Source of the DNA: a virus
Lineage: Duplodnaviria > Caudoviricetes
Length of the DNA: 64,000 nucleotides
Reading direction: 5' to 3' (one strand)
Virus record (IMG/VR): IMGVR_UViG_3300033463_000014
Coordinates: 96,001 to 160,000 of that record
The translations under genes were made by a program, and so were the position numbers. Under the pieces are notes generated by a model. The model worked only from the letters and a program-made list of their open reading frames with translations. It was not told the DNA's origin and searched no databases. Every line of letters begins with the position of its first letter. Position 1 is the first letter of the stretch. Below, one piece after another: positions 54,137 to 63,567 of the stretch.

Positions 54137-55129
54137 CTACGCCTTTTCTGGGGCGAAATCGGCAATGGGGATTCGGAAAAGGAGGGTCCTGCGGTCGCTC
54201 ACGCAGAAGGGTAGGACAGCCTTTCCGTCCTCAACTGACATGCCGCAGATGAAGTTGACAGGGGTCTCGGGCCCCATGACGGTGAACTCTCGGCTGTACG
54301 ACGCAGACTTCATACGCTTGTCCATAAAGACGAGGGCGTTGACGTATCGCCCTTCCCGAGTCTTCCTGTGGGCCACGCACACATATCCTTCCCCGTACGG
54401 GCCGTCGCACGGGACGATCTGTGAGGATCCGCGCATCTGGCGCATTCCTTCGCATAGGAACAGCCTTTTTTCAGGCATCGAGAGGGTTGCCGCCCGGTAT
54501 CCGTTCACGACCATGTCGGTTACGTACATGATGTCTCCCGTATCCAGGTCAGATCCGACAACAGGCATGTAGTTTTTTTCCCTCTGGGTCGGAAAAACGG
54601 TCATTTTCCCGTCCGTCACGAGCCTGCACCTGCCTGAAAGGGGCCCTCCGGAGATGGCGATTCGCATGGCGCACATCACATGGCTCCGGTTTCCGGCCGA
54701 AACGTCCGTAGCGCTCGCGAAGATGACGCCGTCCGCGCCGCCAGCGAGCCTGATATCCTCAAGATAGGCCAATTTTGGGATTTCGGCGTCGATTTTGGCC
54801 ACAGGACGGAAATCTTTGTCCGTTACGATGAAAAAATAGGCTCTTTTTTCGAGAAAACCGCCTAACCAGCCCGGGGTTTCCCCCTTTTTCAGCCCGTATG
54901 GGAGCCTGTAGTTGAACTGGCGCACGGAGACGAGCCTGAACCCGTCCCATCCAGGAACGGAAGGCGAGCAGAACGACATGTTCCCAAGCGGGACAGACGG
55001 GTCAATTCCGAGAAAGCCGTGGTAGTCGAGCTCATCGAACGGATACAGGTCGCAGACGTCATCCATGCCAAACGCCCTCCTCACCCTCCTTCTGACGTCC
55101 TCCATCCGGATACGCATCACGGACTCCAT
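54137..55129 (-). CDS. Hypothetical protein, possibly beta-propeller glycosidase-like
   Basis: LEDIRL, EKNYMP, RGSSQ, NFICGM pattern. Confidence 0.45.
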   Translation of the reverse strand: MESVMRIRMEDVRRRVRRAFGMDDVCDLYPFDELDYHGFLGIDPSVPLGNMSFCSPSVPGWDGFRLVSVRQFNYRLPYGLKKGETPGWLGGFLEKRAYFFIVTDKDFRPVAKIDAEIPKLAYLEDIRLAGGADGVIFASATDVSAGNRSHVMCAMRIAISGGPLSGRCRLVTDGKMTVFPTQREKNYMPVVGSDLDTGDIMYVTDMVVNGYRAATLSMPEKRLFLCEGMRQMRGSSQIVPCDGPYGEGYVCVAHRKTREGRYVNALVFMDKRMKSASYSREFTVMGPETPVNFICGMSVEDGKAVLPFCVSDRRTLLFRIPIADFAPEKA

Positions 55130-55146
55130 TCACGGCATACGCTGAA

Positions 55147-55788
55147 TCAGGGGGATCTGGACTTCAGACGCATCGTGAAGCATCCGTAGAGAGGCGTGAT
55201 GTCGCTCACGTTGCCAAGGATGTCCCTTGTGGGCGAGATGTGCCCGTACGCTCCGCATCCGCACCCGATCTGGCCAGTCACGCTCCCCCTGATGACGTTG
55301 TCTGACGGCCCTGTTCCAGACATGACGATGACCAGCGTGTTGTCCGGCTCGTCATCGCCGATGTTGTAGGAGGGGTCAAGATCTAGGTTGATCCGCATGC
55401 ATGGCCGCTTGAACACGCCGGTCTTGTTGTCGCCAATGTAACGCCACATGATGTCCGTTCCGACCGCGCAGTCCGCGTAGGAAACCTTCTTACCGGACAC
55501 CTTGTGGGTGTTGTTCGTGAATCCCCATGACCACACGGACGGCTCTCCGGGCGCTCCTGAGCAGTCTCCCGTCACGTCAGACTTATCGACGGACATGTAG
55601 CCGGTGATTTTCTGCCACTGAGGCTTCCTGTACCCGAGAGACTCCATGTTGTTGTAGACCCTTGGCACAAAAAGGCGTATCGTGACCTTGTAGATGAGCG
55701 TTTCAGCCATCGAAACGCACGTGCATGCTAAAAAAATGCACGCGATGAGCGGAAACCGATTGAAAAAGGCCTTTTTCACCATTTTCAC
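55147..55788 (-). CDS. Exported hypothetical protein
   Basis: Basic-then-hydrophobic N-terminal signal-peptide-like segment. Confidence 0.55.
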   Translation of the reverse strand: MKMVKKAFFNRFPLIACIFLACTCVSMAETLIYKVTIRLFVPRVYNNMESLGYRKPQWQKITGYMSVDKSDVTGDCSGAPGEPSVWSWGFTNNTHKVSGKKVSYADCAVGTDIMWRYIGDNKTGVFKRPCMRINLDLDPSYNIGDDEPDNTLVIVMSGTGPSDNVIRGSVTGQIGCGCGAYGHISPTRDILGNVSDITPLYGCFTMRLKSRSP

Positions 55789-55988
55789 CCCCCATTAGCC
55801 TGAATTATGTCCGAGATTCTTCTGTACGCGTCGCCATGCGCATTCATGGCCCTTAGATTCTTTACGCATCGAAAGATTCCTCCGCACGCCCTGTGCGTTG
55901 CTGTGCGTTGCTGTGCGTTGCTGGTTGGTTTTTATGTTCGCTTCTTGTGGGTTGGCTGTGAGGGCGTGCGGAGGAAATCGGGGTGCCG

Positions 55989-56327
55989 TCAGTCCTTCAT
56001 CCACTCGTCGATGGCAGCCTTGACGTCAGCGATCGCCTTCTCGATCTCGTCCTTCGTAACCTGGTTGTCGGCGAACACGCCGCAGAGCGTCTCGACCGCG
56101 GACAGGAGCTTTTCGTAGTGGACAGTCCATATGGACGGGCAGAAACTCTGGTATTTGCGCAGGTAGCCGAGAATGGTCTCGACGTACTCCCTGGCCTTTG
56201 CGACCCTGTCAGCGACCTTTTCCTTGGAGAGGTAGTCGTTCAGGAGCTTCAGCGCGTAGTCGGTTGCTGACTCGAACCCTCCGAATAGGAACTTAATTCC
56301 GATCGTCAGTTTCTTCCAAAAAGACAT
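55989..56327 (-). CDS. Hypothetical helical protein
   Basis: AAAGGAAAG SD; TGGTATAAT at about 56357-56365. Confidence 0.7.
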   Translation of the reverse strand: MSFWKKLTIGIKFLFGGFESATDYALKLLNDYLSKEKVADRVAKAREYVETILGYLRKYQSFCPSIWTVHYEKLLSAVETLCGVFADNQVTKDEIEKAIADVKAAIDEWMKD

Positions 56328-56374
56328 GGCTCTTTCCTTTCTTTTGAATCTAACGCATTATACCAAATTGAAAT

Positions 56375-58180
56375 CTAAAACGCCTCCTCATCCTCACCAT
56401 CGCCGTACGCCCTTCTCGGCAAATCTCCTCCGGACGACAGTTCGGACAGCCTAGCTATCGCCCTTGACCCCCTGAGCTTCTCCATGGCCTCCAGCTCGAT
56501 CTTCCTGATGTGCTCCCTGGTGACGTTGAACACCCGCCCGATCTCCTCCAGCGTCCTGGCCGATCCGTCGGAGAGACCGAACCTGAGGTCGATGACGATC
56601 CGCTCACGCTCTGTGAGGCAGGACATCGCCTCCCTGATGCCGTCCATCACCATGTGCCTGCCAGCCTCCTCTGCTGGGTCCTCGGCCGTCTCGTCACCCA
56701 TCAGGTCGCCGAGCGTCGTGTCGCCGCTCTCGTCCACGCTAGAGTCCAGCGAGACCGAGTGCTGGCGCATCCGCCTGAGGGACTCGATCCTGTCCGGCGT
56801 CACGCCCATCTCGTCGGCTATCTCACCGACGCCCGGCTCGCGCCCAAGAGCGTTCGTGAGGGCCTTCTCGGCAGCCCCCATCTTGTTTAGAAGGTCCACC
56901 ATGTGGGATGGCAGGCGGACCGTCCTGGAGTTGTTTGTGAGCGACCTGGAGATAGCCTGGCGTATCCACCATGTGGCGAATGTAGAGAATTTGTGCCCCC
57001 TGGACAGGTCGAACTTCCTCACCGCCGTCATCAGGCCCATGCTCCCGTCCTGAAGCAGGTCGGACATCTCGATTCCGCGGTTGGCGTATTTCTTCGCGAC
57101 ATGGACGACTAGGCGAAGGTTGGCCTCCGTGATGCGCGTCCTTGCGGACTGCACCACACCGAGTATGCTGATGACCTCGCCGAAACTGTCCATGAACTCG
57201 CCGGGCGGCATGCCGAACATCGGCTCCATGTCCATCGCCCTCGCCTCCGCGTCCGCGTCCCCTGCGTCAGCCCTCCTCCTGAGGTCCATGTACACCGAGT
57301 AGACGCTCTCTTTCGCGCTGTCGCAGAACGACTCGACCACTGACTGCCTGAAGTGGAGGGCCTTCAGGCGCCTCCTCATCTCGTCCCTGTAGGCCTGCAG
57401 GAGTCCGTCGGCCTTAACGGACTCCCCAGGGCTCCTGACGGAGTACCTAAGCATGCTGGCACCGGCCACCATGTCGGCCGCCTCCGCTATGCACCGCTTG
57501 AATCCTGGTATGGCCTGCTTGTAGGCGGAGCACCTCATGCCTGACGACTCGGACACGACGCTGTCGAAGTGAGTCTCACCGGACAGGAGGCGGTCCAGCT
57601 CCCTGACGTACATGTCCGGGGCGAACAGGTACCTGCTGAAAAGCTCACCGACCCTGTCGAGCGACGCTTCGATGACCCTGAACCATGAGACCTCCTCCTC
57701 CCTGCTCAGCAGACGCGTGTCCGAGGCCTGGTGCAGATACATCCCGACGGTGTTTGACGCCCCAGGCGAGTCTCCATCCACCTCATACCCCTCATCCCCA
57801 TCATCACCATCGTCCTCGTCATCCTCTTCATCCTCGTCATCACCGTCCCCTATGTCCTCTATGTCTTCCCCGTCTTCTCCGTCTTCGCAGTCTTCCCCGT
57901 CTTCGCAGTTAGCTCCGAAATCACCCTTACCCCGTAACGCGTATCCGCCATCTTCGTCATTCTCATCGCACACGCCACCCGTCTCATCCACTCCTAATTC
58001 GATTCCCCATCGGACGCCTGCCACGCCGTCATCTGGACATACGGACATGGAGAATCCGGCGTCCATAAGGTCCGCTCCAGGCCCGCCAGCCGTTCCTGGC
58101 CATACGTTGGTTCTTGGATTTCCGGCGATTCCTGAGCTTCTGGCGCTTCTACGGGCTCTCTGTGTTTTCTGGGCTACCAT
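56375..58180 (-). CDS. RpoD-like sigma-70 factor
   Basis: Region 1.2 YLHQ..LLSREEE, region 2 EANLRLVVHVAKKY..KFSTFATWWIRQAI, region 3, region 4 RTLEEIG..FNVTREHIRKIE; start 58180 after GGAGG. Confidence 0.92.
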   Translation of the reverse strand: MVAQKTQRARRSARSSGIAGNPRTNVWPGTAGGPGADLMDAGFSMSVCPDDGVAGVRWGIELGVDETGGVCDENDEDGGYALRGKGDFGANCEDGEDCEDGEDGEDIEDIGDGDDEDEEDDEDDGDDGDEGYEVDGDSPGASNTVGMYLHQASDTRLLSREEEVSWFRVIEASLDRVGELFSRYLFAPDMYVRELDRLLSGETHFDSVVSESSGMRCSAYKQAIPGFKRCIAEAADMVAGASMLRYSVRSPGESVKADGLLQAYRDEMRRRLKALHFRQSVVESFCDSAKESVYSVYMDLRRRADAGDADAEARAMDMEPMFGMPPGEFMDSFGEVISILGVVQSARTRITEANLRLVVHVAKKYANRGIEMSDLLQDGSMGLMTAVRKFDLSRGHKFSTFATWWIRQAISRSLTNNSRTVRLPSHMVDLLNKMGAAEKALTNALGREPGVGEIADEMGVTPDRIESLRRMRQHSVSLDSSVDESGDTTLGDLMGDETAEDPAEEAGRHMVMDGIREAMSCLTERERIVIDLRFGLSDGSARTLEEIGRVFNVTREHIRKIELEAMEKLRGSRAIARLSELSSGGDLPRRAYGDGEDEEAF

Positions 58181-58258
58181 GGCAGTGTCCTCCGTCAATA
58201 TATTGTGAAGAATGCCACAACATCGCTCCCATGTCAAGAGCCTATGTTGAATTTTCCG

Positions 58259-60007
58259 CTACGGACAGACGGGCCTGTAGACTGCGCGGGACACCGTCCA
58301 CAGCCGCTTCAGACGGATGACGCCATTCGCGTCCGGATCAAGCGTCTCTCCAGCCAGACTGAACGTGAAGACGGTCACTGAATTTGGCTCGAGCGAGCTC
58401 CAGCCAAACGCGCCGCCGTCCCCTCCGGACAAGGCGAACGCGTTCCTGCCCGATTCGAAATCGACCGCCGAGCCGCCGGGCGTCTCCGGACCGCACATGA
58501 CCGACCACATGACCTCGAGCCCGTTTGAGAGGTCGGATTCATCCGTGTCCGGAAGCGGAAGGAAAATCGTATTCCCGGACGGGTCGGAACCCGAGCCTGA
58601 GACGGTCCCGTAGAGACGGACAGTCCGTCTCGGACGGGTCTCATCATACGGCGGCAGGATATCGAAGGATATCCTCGGGCACAGGCGGGTGCCGTCGCAG
58701 AAGCATCCGTCGTAGGGGGAGCTGACGCCTCCGAAGACCAGCCTCATGCTCACCTGAATCGTGTCCTTGTCGGCCAGGACGGACCCGACATCGTGCCTGC
58801 TATCAGAGAATGCGATGAAGTGCCTGTCACCGGGATTAGCGAACACAGCGCCTATCCCCCCGCCTGGGCTTGAGCCTCCGCTGTCCGGGAACAGGAACAC
58901 AGCCTCGTAGTCTGAGCGCTCGTCCGGCCACACGGATGCGTCGGATACGGCCACGACCGTGCCCTCCGCCATGGGAGACTCTGGTGAAGACCTGTCGAGC
59001 GCGCAGACGTGCGCGTAGAGCGTTTTCCCGAACGAGTTGCAGTGGTCCCACTGGGACGGGGCGAACGTCTCCGCGTTCAGGATGCGGACGGCTGTTACGG
59101 ATGATCCTGCCCGTGCACCGACGTTCTCCGGTGTGAAGAAGACGCGGCCGACGTTCTGGCTTTCGCTGGATACAGGTATCATGATTGACGATACCGTCCT
59201 GGCCCTGTACAAGTCTGGAACACAGGGCCGACCGCCCTTTTGCGGAAGGGCGTTGGCTACCGCGGAGGAGAGGGCATCCGCCAGAGCGTCTATGATCGCC
59301 CCGACGGTGAACCTGTCCGTCCACCTTCCTGCCTTCATGTCTGGGTCGAACGACTTCCCGCTCGTGTGTGCCTCCGAGCACATGTAGGCTTTCCCCATCC
59401 TGACGCACAACATGCCCTCGCGGTACGCCGAGTCCGGTCGCCACGGGTCGCCTAGGTCCTCTAGCAGGGCAGCCGTCCCGGACCTGGACGGGTAGCGGAG
59501 CGTCGACGACTGTACGCCTTCCCCGTATGACGTGACGCCTGACGTGGAAACCAGCACGCGACTCTTCCCGCCGTCTAGGACGACGCACGGGTTCACCCCT
59601 TTCGCCGTGACGGACTGTGGGATCTTGGAAACCGAGTCCTCGACAGACTCCACCCGGCTCCTGACGGAAGACACGGTCTCCGACACGCCAGACACGGACG
59701 ACGACAGGTCGTCCGCCCTCATGGAGATGATCTCGGAGACGGTAGTCCTTCTGAAGACCGCGTCTGAGCCCTTTCCGCCTACGACGCAGCGCACGAGCTT
59801 CCCGTCTCGGAACACGGCGTCGCCCTTCGCGTACTCTGCCCCATCGCTGAACGCGGGGAACAGGACGTCACTCGTCAGACGCTCCCCGACCGCGCCCATC
59901 ACTTTGGAGACGGCCGAAGATAGGTCTTCCTTAGACGCCTTGCCTGCGATCGCCTCCCTCAGGGAACTGATCACTCTAACGAGCTTGTCATATACGGTCA
60001 GCGACAT
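58259..60007 (-). CDS. Putative tail fibre / virion structural protein
   Basis: Two carbohydrate-binding-like repeats (F...AEYAKGD.V..DGKL; W....AYREG....GKAY.C), Ser/Gly-rich; next to the DGR module. Confidence 0.5.
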   Translation of the reverse strand: MSLTVYDKLVRVISSLREAIAGKASKEDLSSAVSKVMGAVGERLTSDVLFPAFSDGAEYAKGDAVFRDGKLVRCVVGGKGSDAVFRRTTVSEIISMRADDLSSSVSGVSETVSSVRSRVESVEDSVSKIPQSVTAKGVNPCVVLDGGKSRVLVSTSGVTSYGEGVQSSTLRYPSRSGTAALLEDLGDPWRPDSAYREGMLCVRMGKAYMCSEAHTSGKSFDPDMKAGRWTDRFTVGAIIDALADALSSAVANALPQKGGRPCVPDLYRARTVSSIMIPVSSESQNVGRVFFTPENVGARAGSSVTAVRILNAETFAPSQWDHCNSFGKTLYAHVCALDRSSPESPMAEGTVVAVSDASVWPDERSDYEAVFLFPDSGGSSPGGGIGAVFANPGDRHFIAFSDSRHDVGSVLADKDTIQVSMRLVFGGVSSPYDGCFCDGTRLCPRISFDILPPYDETRPRRTVRLYGTVSGSGSDPSGNTIFLPLPDTDESDLSNGLEVMWSVMCGPETPGGSAVDFESGRNAFALSGGDGGAFGWSSLEPNSVTVFTFSLAGETLDPDANGVIRLKRLWTVSRAVYRPVCP

Positions 60008-60029
60008 AGCTTATCACCCATTCCTACCG

Positions 60030-60455
60030 TCAGACGGACGCCGATTCCTGATCGGCAGCGGCAAGGACCGAATCCACAGCCTCGTCCCCGAACCGCTGTC
60101 TCGCCAGCTCGATACCCGACATGAACGTCTGGTCGTCCTCTCGGATCACCTGGGCCATGATGAAATCGTCATAGATGCCGGCCTGCCTCATCGCCGAAGC
60201 CACGTCCGGCCACAGTTTGCCGCACGCCCGCCTGATGGAGAGTGGCGTCCACGAGCGCACGACCCTGACCTCTTGCTCGGTGTAGACGCATACGCACTTG
60301 CCGTCCCTGTTCACCCACCTGTCGATGACGACCTCGACGCCGTCGCGGCTCGGATAGGGCACGATGTCCTCGATCGGATAGAAACCCTCCGCCGCGCTGT
60401 CCGGCGCGTACTGCACGCGCCCGTCCTCCGTAGCCCTTCCCCTTCGGAAATCCAT
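60030..60455 (-). CDS. Hypothetical protein
   Basis: ATG 60455 after GGAAGGAG. Confidence 0.7.
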   Translation of the reverse strand: MDFRRGRATEDGRVQYAPDSAAEGFYPIEDIVPYPSRDGVEVVIDRWVNRDGKCVCVYTEQEVRVVRSWTPLSIRRACGKLWPDVASAMRQAGIYDDFIMAQVIREDDQTFMSGIELARQRFGDEAVDSVLAAADQESASV

Positions 60456-60475
60456 ACGGACTCTCCTTCCTATTC

Positions 60476-60805
60476 CTATGTCAAACAATATCCCTTGCCG
60501 ACCATTTTTACGGTCGCCTCGCACGGATACGCCATCCTCGGGTTGTCGATCTGCGAGATGATCGTTTTCGATGAGGTGAACACGACCCTGAGCCGCCTTT
60601 CCGGGTCATCCGCGAAGTAGAACTGGATCATCTTGTACGGACCCCTCACGCCGTCGACATTGGCGTGGTTCGATATCCTGGCCTCCGTCCTCGTGATGAC
60701 GATGCGCCTGTTCAGGATCTCCGGCATCTTCGCCTTCTCCCCCTCCATGATGCCCGGGATGTCCAACGCCGAGAATTTCCTTATGACGCCGTCTGAGCTC
60801 ACCAT
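60476..60805 (-). CDS. Small beta-rich protein immediately downstream of the DGR RT; candidate accessory protein
   Basis: KFS..EILNR.I.I..IQF..RVVFTSSK.II.QI..P.EATV pattern; overlaps the RT 3' end by 200 nt. Confidence 0.6.
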   Translation of the reverse strand: MVSSDGVIRKFSALDIPGIMEGEKAKMPEILNRRIVITRTEARISNHANVDGVRGPYKMIQFYFADDPERRLRVVFTSSKTIISQIDNPRMAYPCEATVKMVGKGYCLT

Positions 60806-61823
60806 AGAGATCGTCGATCCCTTCGCTTTTTCTGAAGTTGTATGTCTGCGCCCACCTGCACACTCCGACGGCGCTTGAAGCCGACCCCATCATGCTGAGG
60901 ATCCTGTTCGGGCCAAGTTGGATCCCGTCAGCGTCGGAACGCTCGACGACCCTACGTATCCCGCGCATCCTACGGGCGATCCGCCTTGCCGTCGACCTCC
61001 TGAGCAGGAGCTTCCGCGGGAACGACCGGTATCCGCAGAAGTCGAGCCCGTCCCTCGTCCTGGCGATTTCGCGCTTCGAGAACGAGAGCCGCATCTCCCC
61101 CTCCACGAAATCCGCGATGCCGTCGGAGACGGCGCGCATCTCGTCCCTGCACCCGAAGGCGATGAAGTCGTCGCAGTACCGGACGTACTTTTTGACGCGC
61201 ATGCGCTCCTTGACGTGGTGGTCCAGGAGGTCCATGTAGATGTTCCCGAACCACTGGCTCGTCAGATTTCCGATCGGGCACCCGACCCCCGTGTCCGTCT
61301 CGAACGAGTCGATCCAGTCGAACAGGATCCTCAGCGCGTCAGCGTCCTTCAGCCCTCGCTGGATCGCCTCCTTCAGGACGTTGTGGTCGATGCTGTGGTA
61401 GAACCCGCGGATGTCGCACTTCAGGTAGTGCGAGGAGTTCCGTACGAACACGGAAGCCCTATGCACCGCCCTGTGCGTTCCCTTCCCGACGCGGCAGGCG
61501 TAGGAGTCCGAGATGAATCGCGGCTCCCAGACGAGCGGTCCGAGGACGTCCACGACCGCGTGCTGCACGATCCTGTCCGGATAGAACGGGAGGATGTGTA
61601 TCTCGCGGCGCTTCGGCTCTGTGATGACCCTCATCCTGTAGGGGGCTGGCCTGTACGCCCTGTCGAGGAGCATCTCCCTGATCCCGGCGATTGTCCCGTC
61701 CGGGTCGTCCATCCGCGCGGAGACGTCCTCGGTCCGTTTCGCCCCTCTGGCGGCGTTGAGGAGCGCCCTCCGGATGTTCTCCGGATCGCAGATCCTCTGA
61801 TAGACATTCCCCACGCGCTTCAC
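60606..61823 (-). CDS. DGR reverse transcriptase
   Basis: GTG-KRVGNVY start, EPKRREI..PDRIVQHA, SYACRVGKGTH, YLKCDIRGFY, GCPIGNLTSQ, YVRYCDDF, LDFCGY. Confidence 0.95.
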   Translation of the reverse strand: MKRVGNVYQRICDPENIRRALLNAARGAKRTEDVSARMDDPDGTIAGIREMLLDRAYRPAPYRMRVITEPKRREIHILPFYPDRIVQHAVVDVLGPLVWEPRFISDSYACRVGKGTHRAVHRASVFVRNSSHYLKCDIRGFYHSIDHNVLKEAIQRGLKDADALRILFDWIDSFETDTGVGCPIGNLTSQWFGNIYMDLLDHHVKERMRVKKYVRYCDDFIAFGCRDEMRAVSDGIADFVEGEMRLSFSKREIARTRDGLDFCGYRSFPRKLLLRRSTARRIARRMRGIRRVVERSDADGIQLGPNRILSMMGSASSAVGVCRWAQTYNFRKSEGIDDLYGELRRRHKEILGVGHPGHHGGGEGEDAGDPEQAHRHHEDGGQDIEPRQCRRREGSVQDDPVLLRG

Positions 61824-62009
61824 TTGTCCAACATCCAATCTCACGGAGTCATGGCGTGAGCATAAAAACGCGGGCGGGCGTTCGGCCAGACGCCTACCAG
61901 ACCGCCCGCGTCTCCGTCGTGTGTTTCGCCGCCGTGGAAACCGCCATGGCGACGGGGCTACGCGCTCAGCCGGAGTCAACTCGAAGGCGTTGCCTTAACC
62001 AACCTCGGA

Positions 62010-62128
62010 TCGAACCGCGACCGCCGTTGTTCACGTTCACCGTGGAACGGGAATTGTTCGCGTTACGGTAGAGCGGACCGATCGCGACAAGCGAGGTCGT
62101 TGTCCAATTACCGCCAGCGTTAACGGCC
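62010..62128 (-). repeat. DGR template repeat (TR), 119 bp
   Basis: Aligns without gaps to both VRs; every mismatch is at a TR adenine (minus strand); rich in AAC/AAT codons. Confidence 0.95.
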
Positions 62129-62227
62129 GTCACCAGCGCGGAGCCATCCGGCGTTTCCGCCGGCAAAGACAGTATACCAAATTTTCCTGACGTGTTGCCG
62201 AAACCCGTGGGAAGCCGGAAAATTTCG

Positions 62228-62251
62228 CCGCCCGGCCGGGCGGCCGGGCGG
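62228..62251. other. GC-only perfect inverted repeat between target 1 and TR
   Basis: CCGCCCGGCCG-GG-CGGCCGGGCGG. Confidence 0.75.
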
Positions 62252-62335
62252 TTTCTTTCTCTTTTTCTTCTTCGTTTTGCGTCTCGCGTCTCACGTTCCG
62301 CTTTCAACGCGCCCGTTTCCGTCCCGCACGTACAT

Positions 62336-63484
62336 TCACGCGTCCGGGGGCTGTACACTGTGGAGACTCCGGCTCGAACCGCGACCGCCGCTGCTCACGC
62401 TCACCGTGGAACGGGAATAGTTCGCGTTACGGTAGAGCGGACCGATCGCGACAAGCGAGGCCGTAGGCCAATTACCGCCAGCGTAAACGGCCTTGTACTG
62501 CCCCATGTAGTAGTGGCTGCCGAAGGAGTTCATCGCGCCGTCGAAGCCCTTTGTGGACGTACTTTCTGTCGTGTTGTCCCATTTCGCGCCGCTGTAGGTG
62601 TACGGGGCCGCCTGCCTGAGCCACTGGTTCTGGAGACCGCACATCTCCTCGCATCCGACCGCCGAGACCATAGGGTAGCCAGCGGTGTCGACATGGCCGC
62701 CGGTTGTGTCGGATGTCGGTGGGTGGCTCGCGTCCGATCCGGAGGTGGACTCCTTGGTGCCGCAGTTGGAGCCGAGGGCGGCGAAGTAGAACTCCATGTC
62801 GTCCAGCAGGGTCTTTCCGACGTTGGCGTAGCCTGTCCAGAACTGGGTCATGGACTTGGAGTGGAGGCGTGTCCCTCCGAATCTCGTCTCCGGTGCTGCG
62901 ATGGTCCCGCTCGCGTTGTATATGTCAACCCAGGTGTCTGTCGGCCTGACGTACACCATGCCGGACGGGTCGTCGCAGGCCGGTCGGAAATTGACGGCCC
63001 AGACTGATTTGGGTAGGATATCCCCTGCCGTCCATCCGGCGAGTGGGTGTAAGTTGGGCGAGAATACGGACGCAGGTGCCATGACGAGGTCTGCCGCGAC
63101 ATTGCGGCAGATGGTGTGGAATCCCCCAAGGCGACGAGTGTTCGACCCGTCGTAGGCTGCCCCGGACGAGGTCTGCCCAGACGGGCATGAAGGGCTGCCG
63201 GATATGACGACGCCTCCGTCGACGGTGAGATAGACTGAGTAGTCCGTTCCCGGATGGATGGATCCCGTGTCCAGTGCCGAGGACACCGTGACCGTCACGT
63301 CGTCCGGTAGCCATACGCGTGTCTGACCGACGAAATAGTTGATCCCGCCGAGGACGGTGACCTGGGTCTTGGATGCGTACAAGACGACTGGGTCCTCTGG
63401 CAGGGTCTCGTGGAGGGAGCCGTTGAGGTCGGAGAGCAGGAGCGCGATCTCGTTCGGCGACATGTTCTGGAGCGGTTTAGGCAT
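62336..63484 (-). CDS. DGR target 1, Mtd-like tropism determinant (C-type lectin-fold C-terminus)
   Basis: RLGGFH, SVW..FRPAC.DP.GM..V..WVDIY, GK.L....EF...ALG, AGGNW..GGRG, as in Bordetella phage BPP-1 Mtd. Confidence 0.88.
   Translation of the reverse strand: MPKPLQNMSPNEIALLLSDLNGSLHETLPEDPVVLYASKTQVTVLGGINYFVGQTRVWLPDDVTVTVSSALDTGSIHPGTDYSVYLTVDGGVVISGSPSCPSGQTSSGAAYDGSNTRRLGGFHTICRNVAADLVMAPASVFSPNLHPLAGWTAGDILPKSVWAVNFRPACDDPSGMVYVRPTDTWVDIYNASGTIAAPETRFGGTRLHSKSMTQFWTGYANVGKTLLDDMEFYFAALGSNCGTKESTSGSDASHPPTSDTTGGHVDTAGYPMVSAVGCEEMCGLQNQWLRQAAPYTYSGAKWDNTTESTSTKGFDGAMNSFGSHYYMGQYKAVYAGGNWPTASLVAIGPLYRNANYSRSTVSVSSGGRGSSRSLHSVQPPDA
62374..62492 (-). repeat. Variable repeat VR1
   Basis: 8 mismatches to TR, all at TR adenines. 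Confidence 0.95.
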
Positions 63485-63567
63485 GGTGTTGTTGTCTCCT
63501 CAAACGTACATCCGGCCTTGGCTTTCGCCTAGGGATTTCGTTTTTTCTGATTTTCGCGTTTCACGTA

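Noticed and set aside
55891-55923. CTGTGCGTTG x3 tandem repeat and the 69-aa ORF across it
   Set aside because: Short intergenic repeat with no further support for function
59532-60620. 362-aa plus-strand ORF and similar long antisense ORFs (45722..46774, 44841..45773)
   Set aside because: Shadows of GC-rich minus-strand genes
60606-61823. RT as a group II intron or retron
   Set aside because: TR/VR pairs with adenine-specific changes identify a DGR; no maturase domain or intron domain V seen
61966-62358. 130-aa ORF resembling the target C-termini
   Set aside because: It is the open frame through TR (Asn-rich AAY codons) with a non-protein-like N-terminus; treated as non-coding TR
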